Below are positions 49,059-58,393 of a stretch of 64,000 nucleotides of DNA, in pieces (position 1 is the stretch's first letter; each line of letters opens with the position of its first letter). The position numbers and the translations under genes are program-made. The notes beneath the pieces are model-generated. The model did no database searches, was not told the origin of the DNA, and saw only the letters and a list, made by a program, of their open reading frames with translations. The stretch is from an uncultured Solirubrobacterales bacterium. Its GTDB lineage: Bacteria; Actinomycetota; Thermoleophilia; Solirubrobacterales; 70-9. Location of the stretch: assembly GCA_963696625.1 (NCBI GenBank), contig CAVOKZ010000020.1, positions 6,165-70,164 of the forward strand, read 5' to 3'.

Positions 49059-50473
49059 TGCTGGGATCGACGACCTCGATCTGCCCCGAATGCAAGCGCC
49101 TGCTCGACGCCCAGCTGCTCGAGCGAGACGGCCGCGTCGTCCTCTCGCGCGTCTGTCCCGAGCACGGGCTCTTCGAGGCGGTGGTCTACGGCGACGCCGA
49201 GCGCTATCTCGAGCTGCAGCGCTTCAACAAACCCGGTGAGCAGCCCCTGGAGCGCCAGACCGAGAGCGCCCGGGGTTGCCCGCACGACTGCGGGATCTGC
49301 CCCGAGCACGCCCAGCACACCTGCCTCGGGATCATCGAGGTGAACACGGCCTGCAACCTGGACTGCCCGATCTGCTTCGCCGACTCCGGCACCGGGCCCC
49401 AGGAGCACGGCTTCTCGCTGACCCTCGAGCAGGTTGAGTCGATGCTCGACGCCTTCGTCCGGGCCGAGGGTGAGCCGGAGTCGGTGCAGCTCTCCGGCGG
49501 CGAACCCTCGATCCATCCCCAGATCCTGGAGATGCTTCGCGCGGCGAAGGACCGCGGTATCCCACTCGTGATGCTGAACACGAACGGCATCCGCCTGGCC
49601 CGCGACCCGCGCTTCGCGCCGGCGCTGGCCGAGATCGGCGTCCACGTCTACCTCCAGTTCGACGGCCTGGAGGAAGCGACGCAGATCGCGATCCGCGGCA
49701 GGAATCTGACCGACGAGAAGCTCCGGGCGCTCGATCGCTGCGCCGAGGCGGGGGTCAGCGTCTCCCTGGCGGCGGCGGTCGAGCGCGGCATCAACGAGCG
49801 GGAGGTGGGGGAGATAGTCCGCTTCGGCATCGGGCACCCCGCCGTCAACGGCGTCTTCTTCCAGCCGGTCACCCACTCGGGGCGTTTCCTCGTGGATTCG
49901 GACCCGCTGGAGAAGCTGACGAACTCTGACGTGATCGACGCGATCGCGGAACAGCTCCCGGAGTGGTTCCGGCCGGACGACTTCGTTCCGGTGCCCTGCT
50001 GCTCGCCCACCTGCCGGTCGGCGACCTTCGCCCTCTACGACGGCGAGGACCTGGTGCCGCTGCCTCGGCTCGTCGATGTCGAGGACTACCTCGACTACGT
50101 CACAAACCGGGCCCTGCCCGACCTCGACGTGCGCGAGGCGCTGGAAGGCCTCTGGTCCGCGAAGGCCGCCGGCGGCACGCTGCCGACGGCCGAGCGGCTC
50201 GAGTGCGTCGCCTGCGCCACCGCGATGCCGCCCGAGCTCCGCGAGGTCGCGGCAATGGGCTTCATGATCGTGGTCCAGGACTTCCAGGATCCATACACGC
50301 TCGACGTCGAGAAGCTCCGCAAGTGCTGCGTCTCGGAGATCACCCCCGACGGGCGATTGATCCCGTTCTGCGCCTACAACTCGGTCGGCTACCGTGAGCA
50401 GGTGAGGCTCGAAACGGCAGACCGCGCGGCCGGCCGCCCGGCGGCAGCAGCGGCCGCAGGAGGGACGCAATGA
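49058..50473 (+). CDS. radical SAM protein with N-terminal Cys-rich/zinc-ribbon region
   Basis: GTG overlaps the trxA stop (TAGTG). ICPECKRLL...CPEHG; CPHDCGICPEHAQHTC; radical SAM CNLDCPICF; SGGEPS. Overall layout recalls MJ0619/Tes-type enzymes (unverified). Confidence 0.85.
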   Translation: MLGSTTSICPECKRLLDAQLLERDGRVVLSRVCPEHGLFEAVVYGDAERYLELQRFNKPGEQPLERQTESARGCPHDCGICPEHAQHTCLGIIEVNTACNLDCPICFADSGTGPQEHGFSLTLEQVESMLDAFVRAEGEPESVQLSGGEPSIHPQILEMLRAAKDRGIPLVMLNTNGIRLARDPRFAPALAEIGVHVYLQFDGLEEATQIAIRGRNLTDEKLRALDRCAEAGVSVSLAAAVERGINEREVGEIVRFGIGHPAVNGVFFQPVTHSGRFLVDSDPLEKLTNSDVIDAIAEQLPEWFRPDDFVPVPCCSPTCRSATFALYDGEDLVPLPRLVDVEDYLDYVTNRALPDLDVREALEGLWSAKAAGGTLPTAERLECVACATAMPPELREVAAMGFMIVVQDFQDPYTLDVEKLRKCCVSEITPDGRLIPFCAYNSVGYREQVRLETADRAAGRPAAAAAAGGTQ

Positions 50474-51315
50474 GCTCCGACCCACTGGCCTCGCTCGGTG
50501 TGACCCTCGACGTCGATACGAGTGCGACGATTGATCCCGAGGAGCTCAAGTCGTGCTGCGCATCGGCCTATGAGCATCCGGCGGTTCGCTGGCTGCTCGG
50601 CAATGAGCTTCACCCCGGCGGCGAGGCCACGACGCGTCGCGCTCTGGAGATGATCATGCTCCGACGCGGCGACCGGTTGCTCGATGTCGCCTCGGGCTCC
50701 GGCGCCTCGGCGCTGCTCGCGGCGCGTGAGTTCGGCGCGAGGGTAAGGGGGGTCGACTACAGCGAGCAGTCGGTCCTGGACGCGACGGCGGCGGCGAGGG
50801 CCGCGCGGCTCGACCTCCGGGTCAAATTCGCTCGCGGGGACGCCGAAGCCCTGGCGGTCCCCGATGACTCCTTCGACGCCGTGCTCTGCGAATGCTCGCT
50901 CTGCACCTTCCCCGACAAGCCCGCCGCTGTCGCCGAGATCCGCCGGGTGCTTCGGCCGGGAGGCCTGCTGGCGATCTCCGACGTCGTGATCGAGCCAGAG
51001 CGCCTGCCCGGAGAGCTGCTCGGCCCGCTGGCGACGATCGCCTGCGTCGGCTCGGCGCTCCCGCGCACGGGCTACGGGGAGCTGCTCGCCGACGCCGGGT
51101 TCGAGGTCTACGCGGTGGAGGGGCGCGACGCCGACACCGAGCGTTTCGCCGAGCGAATTGAGGAGAGGCTGCGTGGTGCCCGGCTGCTGGGGTTGGACCG
51201 GCTCGCCGGCTCGCCAGTCGATATCGACCGGGCGATCGAGCTGACCCGTCTCGCCCAAGACGCGATCGCCGAGGGAGCGCTCGGCTACGCGATCTTCGCC
51301 GCCATGGGCCGATGA
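50470..51315 (+). CDS. class I SAM-dependent methyltransferase (ArsM-like Cys pattern)
   Basis: ATGA overlap with the rSAM gene. SCCASAYEH...LLDVASGSGASAL (motif I)...DAVLCECSLCTFPDK...LRPGGLLAISD. Confidence 0.85.
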   Translation: MSSDPLASLGVTLDVDTSATIDPEELKSCCASAYEHPAVRWLLGNELHPGGEATTRRALEMIMLRRGDRLLDVASGSGASALLAAREFGARVRGVDYSEQSVLDATAAARAARLDLRVKFARGDAEALAVPDDSFDAVLCECSLCTFPDKPAAVAEIRRVLRPGGLLAISDVVIEPERLPGELLGPLATIACVGSALPRTGYGELLADAGFEVYAVEGRDADTERFAERIEERLRGARLLGLDRLAGSPVDIDRAIELTRLAQDAIAEGALGYAIFAAMGR

Positions 51316-51914
51316 CTTGGCCCTGGGTCGCATTCGGCGTGCTCGCTGCTTTGATGCTCGCCGGGACGGGCGCAGGATTTCTCCTGCTCGCCATGGGGCG
51401 GCTCGGTCTCGATCTCAACTGGGGTCGCAGCTTCCACCCGCTCGGTCCGATCGAAGTCCGCATCGCCGCGCCTCGCGACCTCGTCTTCCAGATCATCAGC
51501 GAGCCCTATCTGCGTCACAACCCGAAGGACTCAGGCATCGAAGTCCTGGCTGCCGGCGAGAACCTCGTCGTCGCCGCCCACCACACAAAGGTCGGTTTCT
51601 ATACGGCGATCACCGTCGAGGCCGTCAAGTTCGAGCCACCGGGCCATGTCGGATTCCGGCACATCAGGGGTCCGGTCCCGTATGGGGTTGAGGAGTTTGC
51701 CCTCGAGGAGGTCGATGGAGCCACGGTGCTGCGCTACAGCGGCGAGATCGGAATCGATTTCTTCTTCCTCGGCCGCATCGCCGGCCGGCGGTGGGTTCGG
51801 CCGGAGTGGGAGAAGGTGGTGAGCGGGGACCTGGATGACGTCAGGCAGCGGGCAGAGCAGTTGGCGGGTCGGCTTCGGTCCCGGGAATCGGGTCTATTGA
51901 GGAGCCCAGGATAG
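51312..51914 (+). CDS. membrane-anchored SRPBCC-family protein
   Basis: ATGA overlap with the methyltransferase. N-terminal TM; START/polyketide-cyclase-like beta-rich body. Confidence 0.65.
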   Translation: MTWPWVAFGVLAALMLAGTGAGFLLLAMGRLGLDLNWGRSFHPLGPIEVRIAAPRDLVFQIISEPYLRHNPKDSGIEVLAAGENLVVAAHHTKVGFYTAITVEAVKFEPPGHVGFRHIRGPVPYGVEEFALEEVDGATVLRYSGEIGIDFFFLGRIAGRRWVRPEWEKVVSGDLDDVRQRAEQLAGRLRSRESGLLRSPG

Positions 51915-51924
51915 CCACGGCAAG

Positions 51925-52158
51925 ATGACCCTGAGGCAGGCTTTCGCGATCTGCACCGAGCGCGTTCACCTGCGCCAGACGGTCAGGATCGCGCTCGTCG
52001 TCGGCACGATCCTCACGGCGATCAACCAGGGCGACATCATCCTGGCAGGGAACGCCACCGCGGCGACCGCGGTGAAGACGGGCCTCAACTACTGCGTTCC
52101 TTTCGTCGTCTCCAACCTCGGGCTGCTCGCGGGGCGGCGCGCGGAGCGCGCTCGCTGA
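51925..52158 (+). CDS. small membrane protein, NrtS-like
   Basis: IALVVGTILTAINQGD...NYCVPFVVSNLG resembles the nitrate/nitrite transporter NrtS family as remembered. Confidence 0.5.
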   Translation: MTLRQAFAICTERVHLRQTVRIALVVGTILTAINQGDIILAGNATAATAVKTGLNYCVPFVVSNLGLLAGRRAERAR

Positions 52159-52176
52159 GTTGGACTTGGAGACAAA

Positions 52177-52313
52177 CCGTGTCCCGAAATGGGCGTTTTT
52201 CGAGCAGGTGGTCAGCTCAGATCGGGTCGATTCGCCGAGGTCGCCTGAGTTCGGTCCAGGGGATGCGAGCTGCGCTGAGCTGACCGGTCCCGAACCTGTC
52301 CCAAGATTCCCCC
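52177..52313 (+). repeat. additional GTCCCGAA-box sites without a tRNA fragment
   Basis: CCGTGTCCCGAAATGGG (52177-52193) and CCGGTCCCGAACCTGTCCCAAGATTCCCC (52285-52313), just upstream of the antitoxin gene. Confidence 0.45.
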
Positions 52314-52349
52314 TGGCTCACTGTCGGCACCCGGGTACGATTCGTCCTG

Positions 52350-52598
52350 ATGACCGCCAAGGAGAAACTCCGGCAGCGAGTCGACGGCTTCTCGGGAGAA
52401 GAGGCCAATGTCGCCTTGCTCCTCGTCGATCAGAACCTCGACGACCCAATGCTCCGGGCACTTGCCAACGCGCCCGAGGACGACGAGCCCTGGACCGAGG
52501 AGGACGAGGCGGCCGTCCGAGAGGCCCGTGACGAGGTCGCTGACGGCGCGAAGACTATCTCGCATGAGGAGATGAAGCGCGAGCTCGGAATCGAGTGA
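52350..52598 (+). CDS. antitoxin-like protein (MTAKE-type)
   Basis: MTAKEKLRQRVDGFSGEEANVALLLVD...TISHEEMKRELGIE; the stop overlaps the GTG of the RelE/ParE-like gene. Confidence 0.65.
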   Translation: MTAKEKLRQRVDGFSGEEANVALLLVDQNLDDPMLRALANAPEDDEPWTEEDEAAVREARDEVADGAKTISHEEMKRELGIE

Positions 52599-52862
52599 AC
52601 GACGCTCGCTGGCGCGTTTGCTACACGCCGTGAGCACGTCGGGACCTCCGTCGCCTCGACCCACCGATTCGAACCCGCGTGCTCGTCGCGATCGAGGAGT
52701 TGCGGAACGACCCTGCGGGTGCCGGCGGGGTGCGCAAGCTCACGGGCCGACCGGAGTTGCGCCTGAGAGTGGGGGGACTGGCGGGCGATATTCGTCCTCA
52801 AACCGAAGCGGACAATCCAGGTGGTCCGGGTGCTGCCGAGGGGCCGCGCAGACGAGCGCTGA
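52595..52862 (+). pseudogene. RelE/ParE-family toxin gene with an in-frame TGA (52631) and a +1 frameshift in a G6 run (52771-52776)
   Basis: VNDARWRVCYTP*ARRDLRRLDPPIRTRVLVAIEELRNDPAGAGGVRKLTGRPELRLRVG then, after removing one G, DWRAIFVLKPKRTIQVVRVLPRGRADER*. Confidence 0.75.
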
Positions 52863-52950
52863 TGTCAGCAATTCTTGAAGCCTCACCCGTCAACCTGCTG
52901 CGCCTGCTCCGGGGCTCGATCGTTGATGCGCGGGGGCATATCCTGAAGCG

Positions 52951-53094
52951 CTACCAGGCGGCGCGCTCGAGCGTGCGCCAGGAGCGATCGGCCTTGGCGC
53001 GTTCCGCCTTCACGGCGGCGGGCAGCTTCTGAGGCTTGCACAGAAGACAACCGGATCTGCGGTGCTTCGGCCGTTTGCGCTTGTGATGGGCCAT
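52951..53094 (-). CDS. possible small basic Cys-containing protein
   Basis: MAHHKRKRPKHRRSGCLLCKPQKLPAAVKAERAKADRSWRTLERAAW; weak RBS. Confidence 0.25.
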   Translation of the reverse strand: MAHHKRKRPKHRRSGCLLCKPQKLPAAVKAERAKADRSWRTLERAAW

Positions 53095-53194
53095 TAGGCC
53101 CGAGCGTACATAGGCCCCGGACTCGCGGCACGTCTGGACTGGCGCCGACTGCTCCTCCTCGCGCATTGGAGGGCGCGCCGCGCCGACACGCACG

Positions 53195-53572
53195 TTGGCG
53201 GTCGAGCTGCAGATCGCCAAGCCCGCGAGGTTGTCACCCACCGGTACGGATTGCCGCGAGGATCCGGGACCGACCGATCGAGCAGGCATGCTCAGCCTAT
53301 GGAGGACGGTCGATCGACTTCTGGACGCGGTGCGACGGTCTGTGGCCCAGCTTGTGGCTCGCTCACGCTGGGCTTTGTCGGAGGGCGCTGATCCCGATCG
53401 CATCCAGCGCGACTACGTTGCAGCGGGGCTCAGTGCGCTCGAGAATGCCGAGGTGTACGCGGTGCTCGCCTCCACCGGCGACGCCAGCGCTCTCGAAGCG
53501 ATCGAGAACCTGCTCATCGAAATGGACGCCCTCCACGAGCAACTGGGCGACGAATTTCCAGAGCGGGGTTAG
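53195..53572 (+). CDS. hypothetical protein
   Basis: 125-aa ORF, no motif recognised; ATG 53288 is an alternative start. Confidence 0.3.
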   Translation: MAVELQIAKPARLSPTGTDCREDPGPTDRAGMLSLWRTVDRLLDAVRRSVAQLVARSRWALSEGADPDRIQRDYVAAGLSALENAEVYAVLASTGDASALEAIENLLIEMDALHEQLGDEFPERG

Positions 53573-53772
53573 CTGGACCTGGAGCGCTCAACCGCGCGCT
53601 CCTCGAACTGCTCGGCCAGCTCGTCCGCCAGCTCTTGCTGGCGCTGGCTCTCAAGGCCCGGCTTGGCGTCGCGAAGCAGGGCTGCCGCTTCGCGGCAGTC
53701 CTCGGCGCTCATCGCCTCCAGCTCAGAGTCACGAGCCTCGATCCGCTGAAGCACCTCGTCGATCATCGGCAT
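53569..53772 (-). CDS. hypothetical small acidic protein
   Basis: 67-aa ORF MPMIDEVLQRIEARDSELEAMSAEDCREAAALL... Confidence 0.3.
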   Translation of the reverse strand: MPMIDEVLQRIEARDSELEAMSAEDCREAAALLRDAKPGLESQRQQELADELAEQFEERAVERSRSS

Positions 53773-53999
53773 GAGTCAAGGGTAGCCTGCGGAGCGGGCG
53801 ACGTCAGTGCTCGACAGTGCCCCTCCTCGCGCAGAGGGGTGGCGAGCCGAGACGGCCTTTTGTCATACGGACGTGGAGCCCTCCGGCCGACCTGACCGGA
53901 CCCCGTTCCTCGGTCCACCCCGAATGAGAGTGCTGGGGTGGGTTGTCGCGCTCCACGGTAGCGACAGCTGCTGACGCGTGGCGTCGCACGAGCGACGAG

Positions 54000-54127
54000 G
54001 GCGACGGCCACGGGGTCATGCTCAAGGGTGGCGACGGTCTGATCGGCGGTGATCGAGCGCTCGACCTCGATCGCGAGCGCCTCGCGGGTGAACTCGTCGA
54101 CGACGTTGAGGTTATTTCGCTCGCGCT
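54000..54127 (-). mobile_element. short remnant of an rve-type (IS3/IS481-like) transposase
   Basis: The minus strand reads NLNVVDEFTREALAIEVERSITADQTVATLE, the DxFSRE...L..L pattern of the integrase core. No flanking ORF. Confidence 0.4.
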
Positions 54128-54214
54128 CTGCGCTGGCAGGGACCCCGCGCGACCTACCACGTCCCTACCTCGTACTCATATCAATCTGCCGGCCCGGATC
54201 GACCCGCCGTCGCT

Positions 54215-55129
54215 TCAGGCCGCCCGCGCCGCGGCCGGCTCGCCGGACCCCCGCGCCAGCCAAATGGCATCGCCGCCGGCCGGCCGGCAGGCAATCATCT
54301 CGTCGTCCACCGCGGCGATCAGACCCTGCTTGGCCGCCTCGAGATCGCTCTCCTCGAGGTCGGAGGGGCGCATGATCGAGGCCACCTCCGCGGTGGTCAG
54401 GCCGATCGGGTACTCGAGCACCGCGTCGAGGGCATCGACCGGCGCCTCTCGGCGCTCCAAGCCGGGCTCGAGATTGGCGAGGGCCGTGTCGTAGGCCTCG
54501 AAGGGCTGAAAGCCGCCGACCTCGACCCGCCGTCCATCGGGATGCTCAAAGAGCACCGAGGGGGCGGTGTAGCGAACCGGTCCGTCGCTGATCGAGTGGC
54601 GGCCCTGGACATGGGTCGGGGTGCCGTCGGCCGAGCGTGCCCGCGCCCGGTCGGCCTCGTAGGCCGTGCGCACCGCGGTGTCGTCGATCCGCGCGACGAT
54701 CGCCTCGGCGTCGAGCCCGGGCACTCCCTCCAGCGCCCAGCGGATGTCTTCGTCCTCATCGAGCAACCGAGTCGTCGTGAACTGCATCAGCTGCAGCGCT
54801 CGCAGCGCTGCGTAGCCGAGCTTGGCACTCTCCTCGCGCGCGCCGACGATCGCCCTGCATGCCCGCGAGGTCGCCGCCACCCGGGGCTTGATGCCGCAAC
54901 CGAACGGCATCCCGAAGCGGTGCTCGAACCTCGGCAAGCCCGCCGCCATGCGGGCTGGCGTGATGCCGCGCTGCTCGTAGCGCTCGCTCGACTCGCTGAG
55001 GCCGATCAGAGTCAGCCGCCACTCGATCTGGGCACCGAACCGCCAGCGCAGGCGGGCCATCGCCGGGCGCGAGGAGTATGCCCAGGGACAACCCGGGTCG
55101 GTGAAGTGCCAGGCGATGATCGGCTTCAT
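54215..55129 (-). CDS. DsbA-family thioredoxin-fold protein
   Basis: IAWHFTDPGCPWAYSSRP (CPWAY at the start of the helix); 304 aa. Confidence 0.7.
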   Translation of the reverse strand: MKPIIAWHFTDPGCPWAYSSRPAMARLRWRFGAQIEWRLTLIGLSESSERYEQRGITPARMAAGLPRFEHRFGMPFGCGIKPRVAATSRACRAIVGAREESAKLGYAALRALQLMQFTTTRLLDEDEDIRWALEGVPGLDAEAIVARIDDTAVRTAYEADRARARSADGTPTHVQGRHSISDGPVRYTAPSVLFEHPDGRRVEVGGFQPFEAYDTALANLEPGLERREAPVDALDAVLEYPIGLTTAEVASIMRPSDLEESDLEAAKQGLIAAVDDEMIACRPAGGDAIWLARGSGEPAAARAA

Positions 55130-55164
55130 GCGTGCTCCTCTGGTGGCCTGGTGGGGATCCGTGT

Positions 55165-55860
55165 TCAGCGCGGATCGTCGAAGGTCCCCGGGCTCTCCGG
55201 TGTGGCGCGGAAGGCGCCGGGGCGCTCGGGCTCCGCCTCCGCGAGGGCGCGGCGCAGGCGCCCGGCGTCGAGGTCGGCCGTGTAGCAGGGCGCGCCCGGC
55301 TGCTGGCGCCAGGACTCTCCGAGGCCGCCAGCGTCGACAGGGTCGAAGCCGAGCTCGTCGATCAGCGCCATCACCGTCGCCTTCGCGGCGGCGCCGTCGC
55401 CGGCGACGGGTAGGGCGATCCGCTCGGGATCGCCCGCCGAGCGTCCGCCCTCGAGCAGGTGGGTGGAGTAGATCGTGTTGAAGGCCTTCACCGTCGGGTG
55501 GCCGATCCGCTCTTCGACCCAGCGACTCTCCGGCTCCCCCTCCTCGATCGCGGCGATCCGCCCGTCGCGCTCGCGCGGGTAGTAGTTACAGGTGTCGACG
55601 ACCGGGACCTCCTCCGCGAGCTTCGCGAAGGCCCCGCGGGGCAGCTCCTCGACCCGCCGCAGCGGGATCGTCACGATCGCGAGATCGACCCCGTCGATCG
55701 CCTCGGGGACCGTGGCCGCCTCCGCGCCGGTCTCCTCCGCCAGCTCGGTGAGCGTCTCGGGCCCCCGTGCATTCGCGATCCGGACCTCGTGCCCGAGCGC
55801 CGTCAGCCGGCGCGCCAGGGTGCCGCCGATCATGCCGGCGCCGACGATCCCGATCCTCAC
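55165..55860 (-). CDS. NADPH-dependent F420 reductase-like NAD(P)-binding protein
   Basis: GTG 55860 gives VRIGIVGAGMIGGTLARRLTALGHEVRIANARGPE. Paired with the HxlR regulator. Confidence 0.75.
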   Translation of the reverse strand: MRIGIVGAGMIGGTLARRLTALGHEVRIANARGPETLTELAEETGAEAATVPEAIDGVDLAIVTIPLRRVEELPRGAFAKLAEEVPVVDTCNYYPRERDGRIAAIEEGEPESRWVEERIGHPTVKAFNTIYSTHLLEGGRSAGDPERIALPVAGDGAAAKATVMALIDELGFDPVDAGGLGESWRQQPGAPCYTADLDAGRLRRALAEAEPERPGAFRATPESPGTFDDPR

Positions 55861-56216
55861 ACCTCCACCTCCTCGGGAAGGTGCTCGCGCGCCCACAGCG
55901 CGATCCGCTCCAGCGCCGGAATCAGCGCCTCGCCGCGCGCGGTGAGCGCGTAGCTCACGGCCACCGGCGGACCCTCCTGCACGCGACGGTCGATCAGCCC
56001 CACCGCCGCGAGATCGGCGAGGCGGGAGGAGAGCACCGAGTCGCTGATCCCATCGATCGATCGCGCCAGCTCGCAGAATCCGGCCGGACCGGAGCGCAGG
56101 GCGCCGAGGACGATACCGTTCCAGCGCTTGCCAAGGAAGGCGAAGGCGCGGACAAGGCCAGCGTCGCAGCGCCCGGGGAAGGATGTGTCGGGGATCCCGT
56201 CGGGGGAAAGCGGCAT
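55857..56216 (-). CDS. HxlR-family transcriptional regulator
   Basis: AFAFLGKRWNGIVLGALRSGPAGFCELARSIDGISDSVLSSRLADLAAVGLI. Confidence 0.85.
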   Translation of the reverse strand: MPLSPDGIPDTSFPGRCDAGLVRAFAFLGKRWNGIVLGALRSGPAGFCELARSIDGISDSVLSSRLADLAAVGLIDRRVQEGPPVAVSYALTARGEALIPALERIALWAREHLPEEVEV

Positions 56217-56656
56217 CCTGACAGGAGCTTAGCTGAGGGGAGCAGCTAGTCAATTCATAGTTGCTAGGTTCTCACGGGTGACTCTTTCTGCCCCTCCGCC
56301 CCCGATTCGGAGCTGATGGCTGACGAAGCGGCACCGCTCGGGCCGACCGCCGCCAACCTGCATGGCGTGCCGGCCGCGATCACCGCCGCGGGCCATCCCC
56401 ACCTCACCAACCCCCTCTACACCCGGGATCCGCAGCGGCGGCTGGGGCGCGTCTCCACCACGGCGGACCGGGTCAAGGGTCGGATCCTGCGGGAGAACCC
56501 CGCGCCGCCTCGCATGTATCCGGCGATCACTTCCGGTCCTACGCGGTCGCCGAGTGCGACGGCGAGACCTCCGCGGTCGCCGCGAAGCCGGGCGTGCGAC
56601 TGCGCCCCCGCCGCCTCTGCGGCGTGCTCCTCGAGAGCCCGCGGGGAGCCTGACTG

Positions 56657-57731
56657 ATGCCCGCGGAGGGATCGAAGGTCTCGATCGTCGAGCTGGCCAC
56701 CGTCGCCCCCGGCACGGGCGAGTCGGAGGCGCTGGCCGACGCGCTGGCCACCGCCCGCCACGCCGATCGGCTTGGCTTTCACCGCGTCTGGTTCGCCGAG
56801 CACCACCTCTCGCGCGCCGCGGCCTCGCACCATCCCGAGCTTCCTGATCGCCGCCGCCGGAGTCCAGACGACGGGAATCCGGGTCGGCTCCGGGTCGGTC
56901 CTGCTCAACAACTACAGCCCCTTCAAGGTCGCCGAAATGTTCCAGCAACTGGAGGCGATGATGCCGGGGCGAGTCGACCTCGGCCTCGGCCGCGCCACCA
57001 GCGGACCGGTGATCGACGCCGCCCTGCGCCAGGACCGCGGCGCCCGGCCCGCCGACGACCACGCGCAGCGGGTCAGCGAGGTGCTGGCCTGGCTGCACGA
57101 GGCCTTCCCCGACGATCACCCGTTCGCCGGCAACCCGCTGACGCCGTCGGTTCCGGGCGTTCCCGAGACCTGGCTCTTGGGATCGAGCCCGGGCGGCTAT
57201 GAGCTGGCCGCGCAGCTGGGCATCGGCTACTCCTTCGCGGCCTTCATCAGGCCGGACGCCGCGGCAGAGGCCCTGCGAGCCTACCGGCGTGACTTCCGCA
57301 CCACCGGCCTCGGGCTCGAGAGACCGCGGGCGATGCTCTCGGTCAACGTCGCCGTGGGCGAGGACGCCGAGCACGCCCGGCGGCTGATCTCCTCCGCCAA
57401 GGGCTTCTACGCTCGCTTGGGCCGGCAGGGAGCGGGCGCGCTCATCCCGAGTCCGGAGCAGGCGCTCGGAGAGCTGGGCGCCGAGCAGGCAGAGGAGCCG
57501 ACCGCGATCGTCGATGGGCGCTGGCCGCGCTTCGTCGCGGGAGACCAGAACGGGGTCCGCACCACCTTGGAGCGAATGCTCGAGGAGAGCCAGGCGGACG
57601 AGCTGATGGTGCAGAACATGATCGCCGACCCGGCGGAGCGGCGAGCCTCGCATGGGCGAATCGCGGCGATCTTCGGCTTGGCCCAGCGAGAGCTCGAAGC
57701 TGAAGGCGAGACAGCGCGGACGGCGGCATGA
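56657..57731 (+). CDS. LLM-class (luciferase-like) flavin-dependent oxidoreductase; apparent 1-nt insertion at ~56828
   Basis: ...LGFHRVWFAEHHLSRAAAS then, in the next frame, TIPSFLIAAAGVQTTGIRVGSGSVLLNNYSPFKVAEMFQQLEAMMPGRVDLGLGRA. Length 1075 = 3n+1. Confidence 0.85.
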
Positions 57732-58393
57732 GCGCAGGCGCCACCGCCACTCGGATCGAGGTCTGGAGCGACGTGGTCTGCCCCTGGTGCTATCTGGGCA
57801 AGCGGCGGCTCGAGCGGGCCCTCGAGGGTCTCGGGCTCGAGGGCGTCGAGGTCGAGTGGCGGGCATTTCAGCTGCAGCCGGACGCCCCCGCCTTTGGCGA
57901 TCCGGGGGCCGGCGCTCCCACCACCGAGCTGCTGCGGGCCCGGGGACTGAGCCCCGACCAGGTGGCGGAGATGAATGATCGGGTGAGCGCCCTCGCGGCC
58001 GAGGAGGGGCTCCGCTACCGGCTCGAGGGCTCGCGCGTGGTCAACACCTTCGACGCCCACCGGCTGATCAAGATGGCCGATGTGCTGGGCCTCGCCGACC
58101 CTATGGTCGAGCGCCTCTTCCGCGCGCAGCTCGTCGAGGGCCGTCGCGTCGACGACACGGATCTGCTCGTCGAGCTCGCCGCCGAGGTCGGGGTCGATGA
58201 CGCCGAGGAGGCCCTGGCGAGCCGAGCGGGCGCCGGCGCGGTGGAAGCGGATCTCGCGGCAGCCCGCGAGCTGGGCGTCGGCGGCGTCCCCCTCTTCGTC
58301 TTCGACCGCCGCCTGGCGCTCTCCGGTGCCCAGCCCGTGGAGGTCTTCGAGCGAGCCCTGAGCGAAATCGAACCGAAGGGAGAACCAACATGA
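57728..58393 (+). CDS. DsbA-family oxidoreductase (FrnE-like)
   Basis: IEVWSDVVCPWCYLGKRRLE. Confidence 0.85.
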   Translation: MSAGATATRIEVWSDVVCPWCYLGKRRLERALEGLGLEGVEVEWRAFQLQPDAPAFGDPGAGAPTTELLRARGLSPDQVAEMNDRVSALAAEEGLRYRLEGSRVVNTFDAHRLIKMADVLGLADPMVERLFRAQLVEGRRVDDTDLLVELAAEVGVDDAEEALASRAGAGAVEADLAAARELGVGGVPLFVFDRRLALSGAQPVEVFERALSEIEPKGEPT

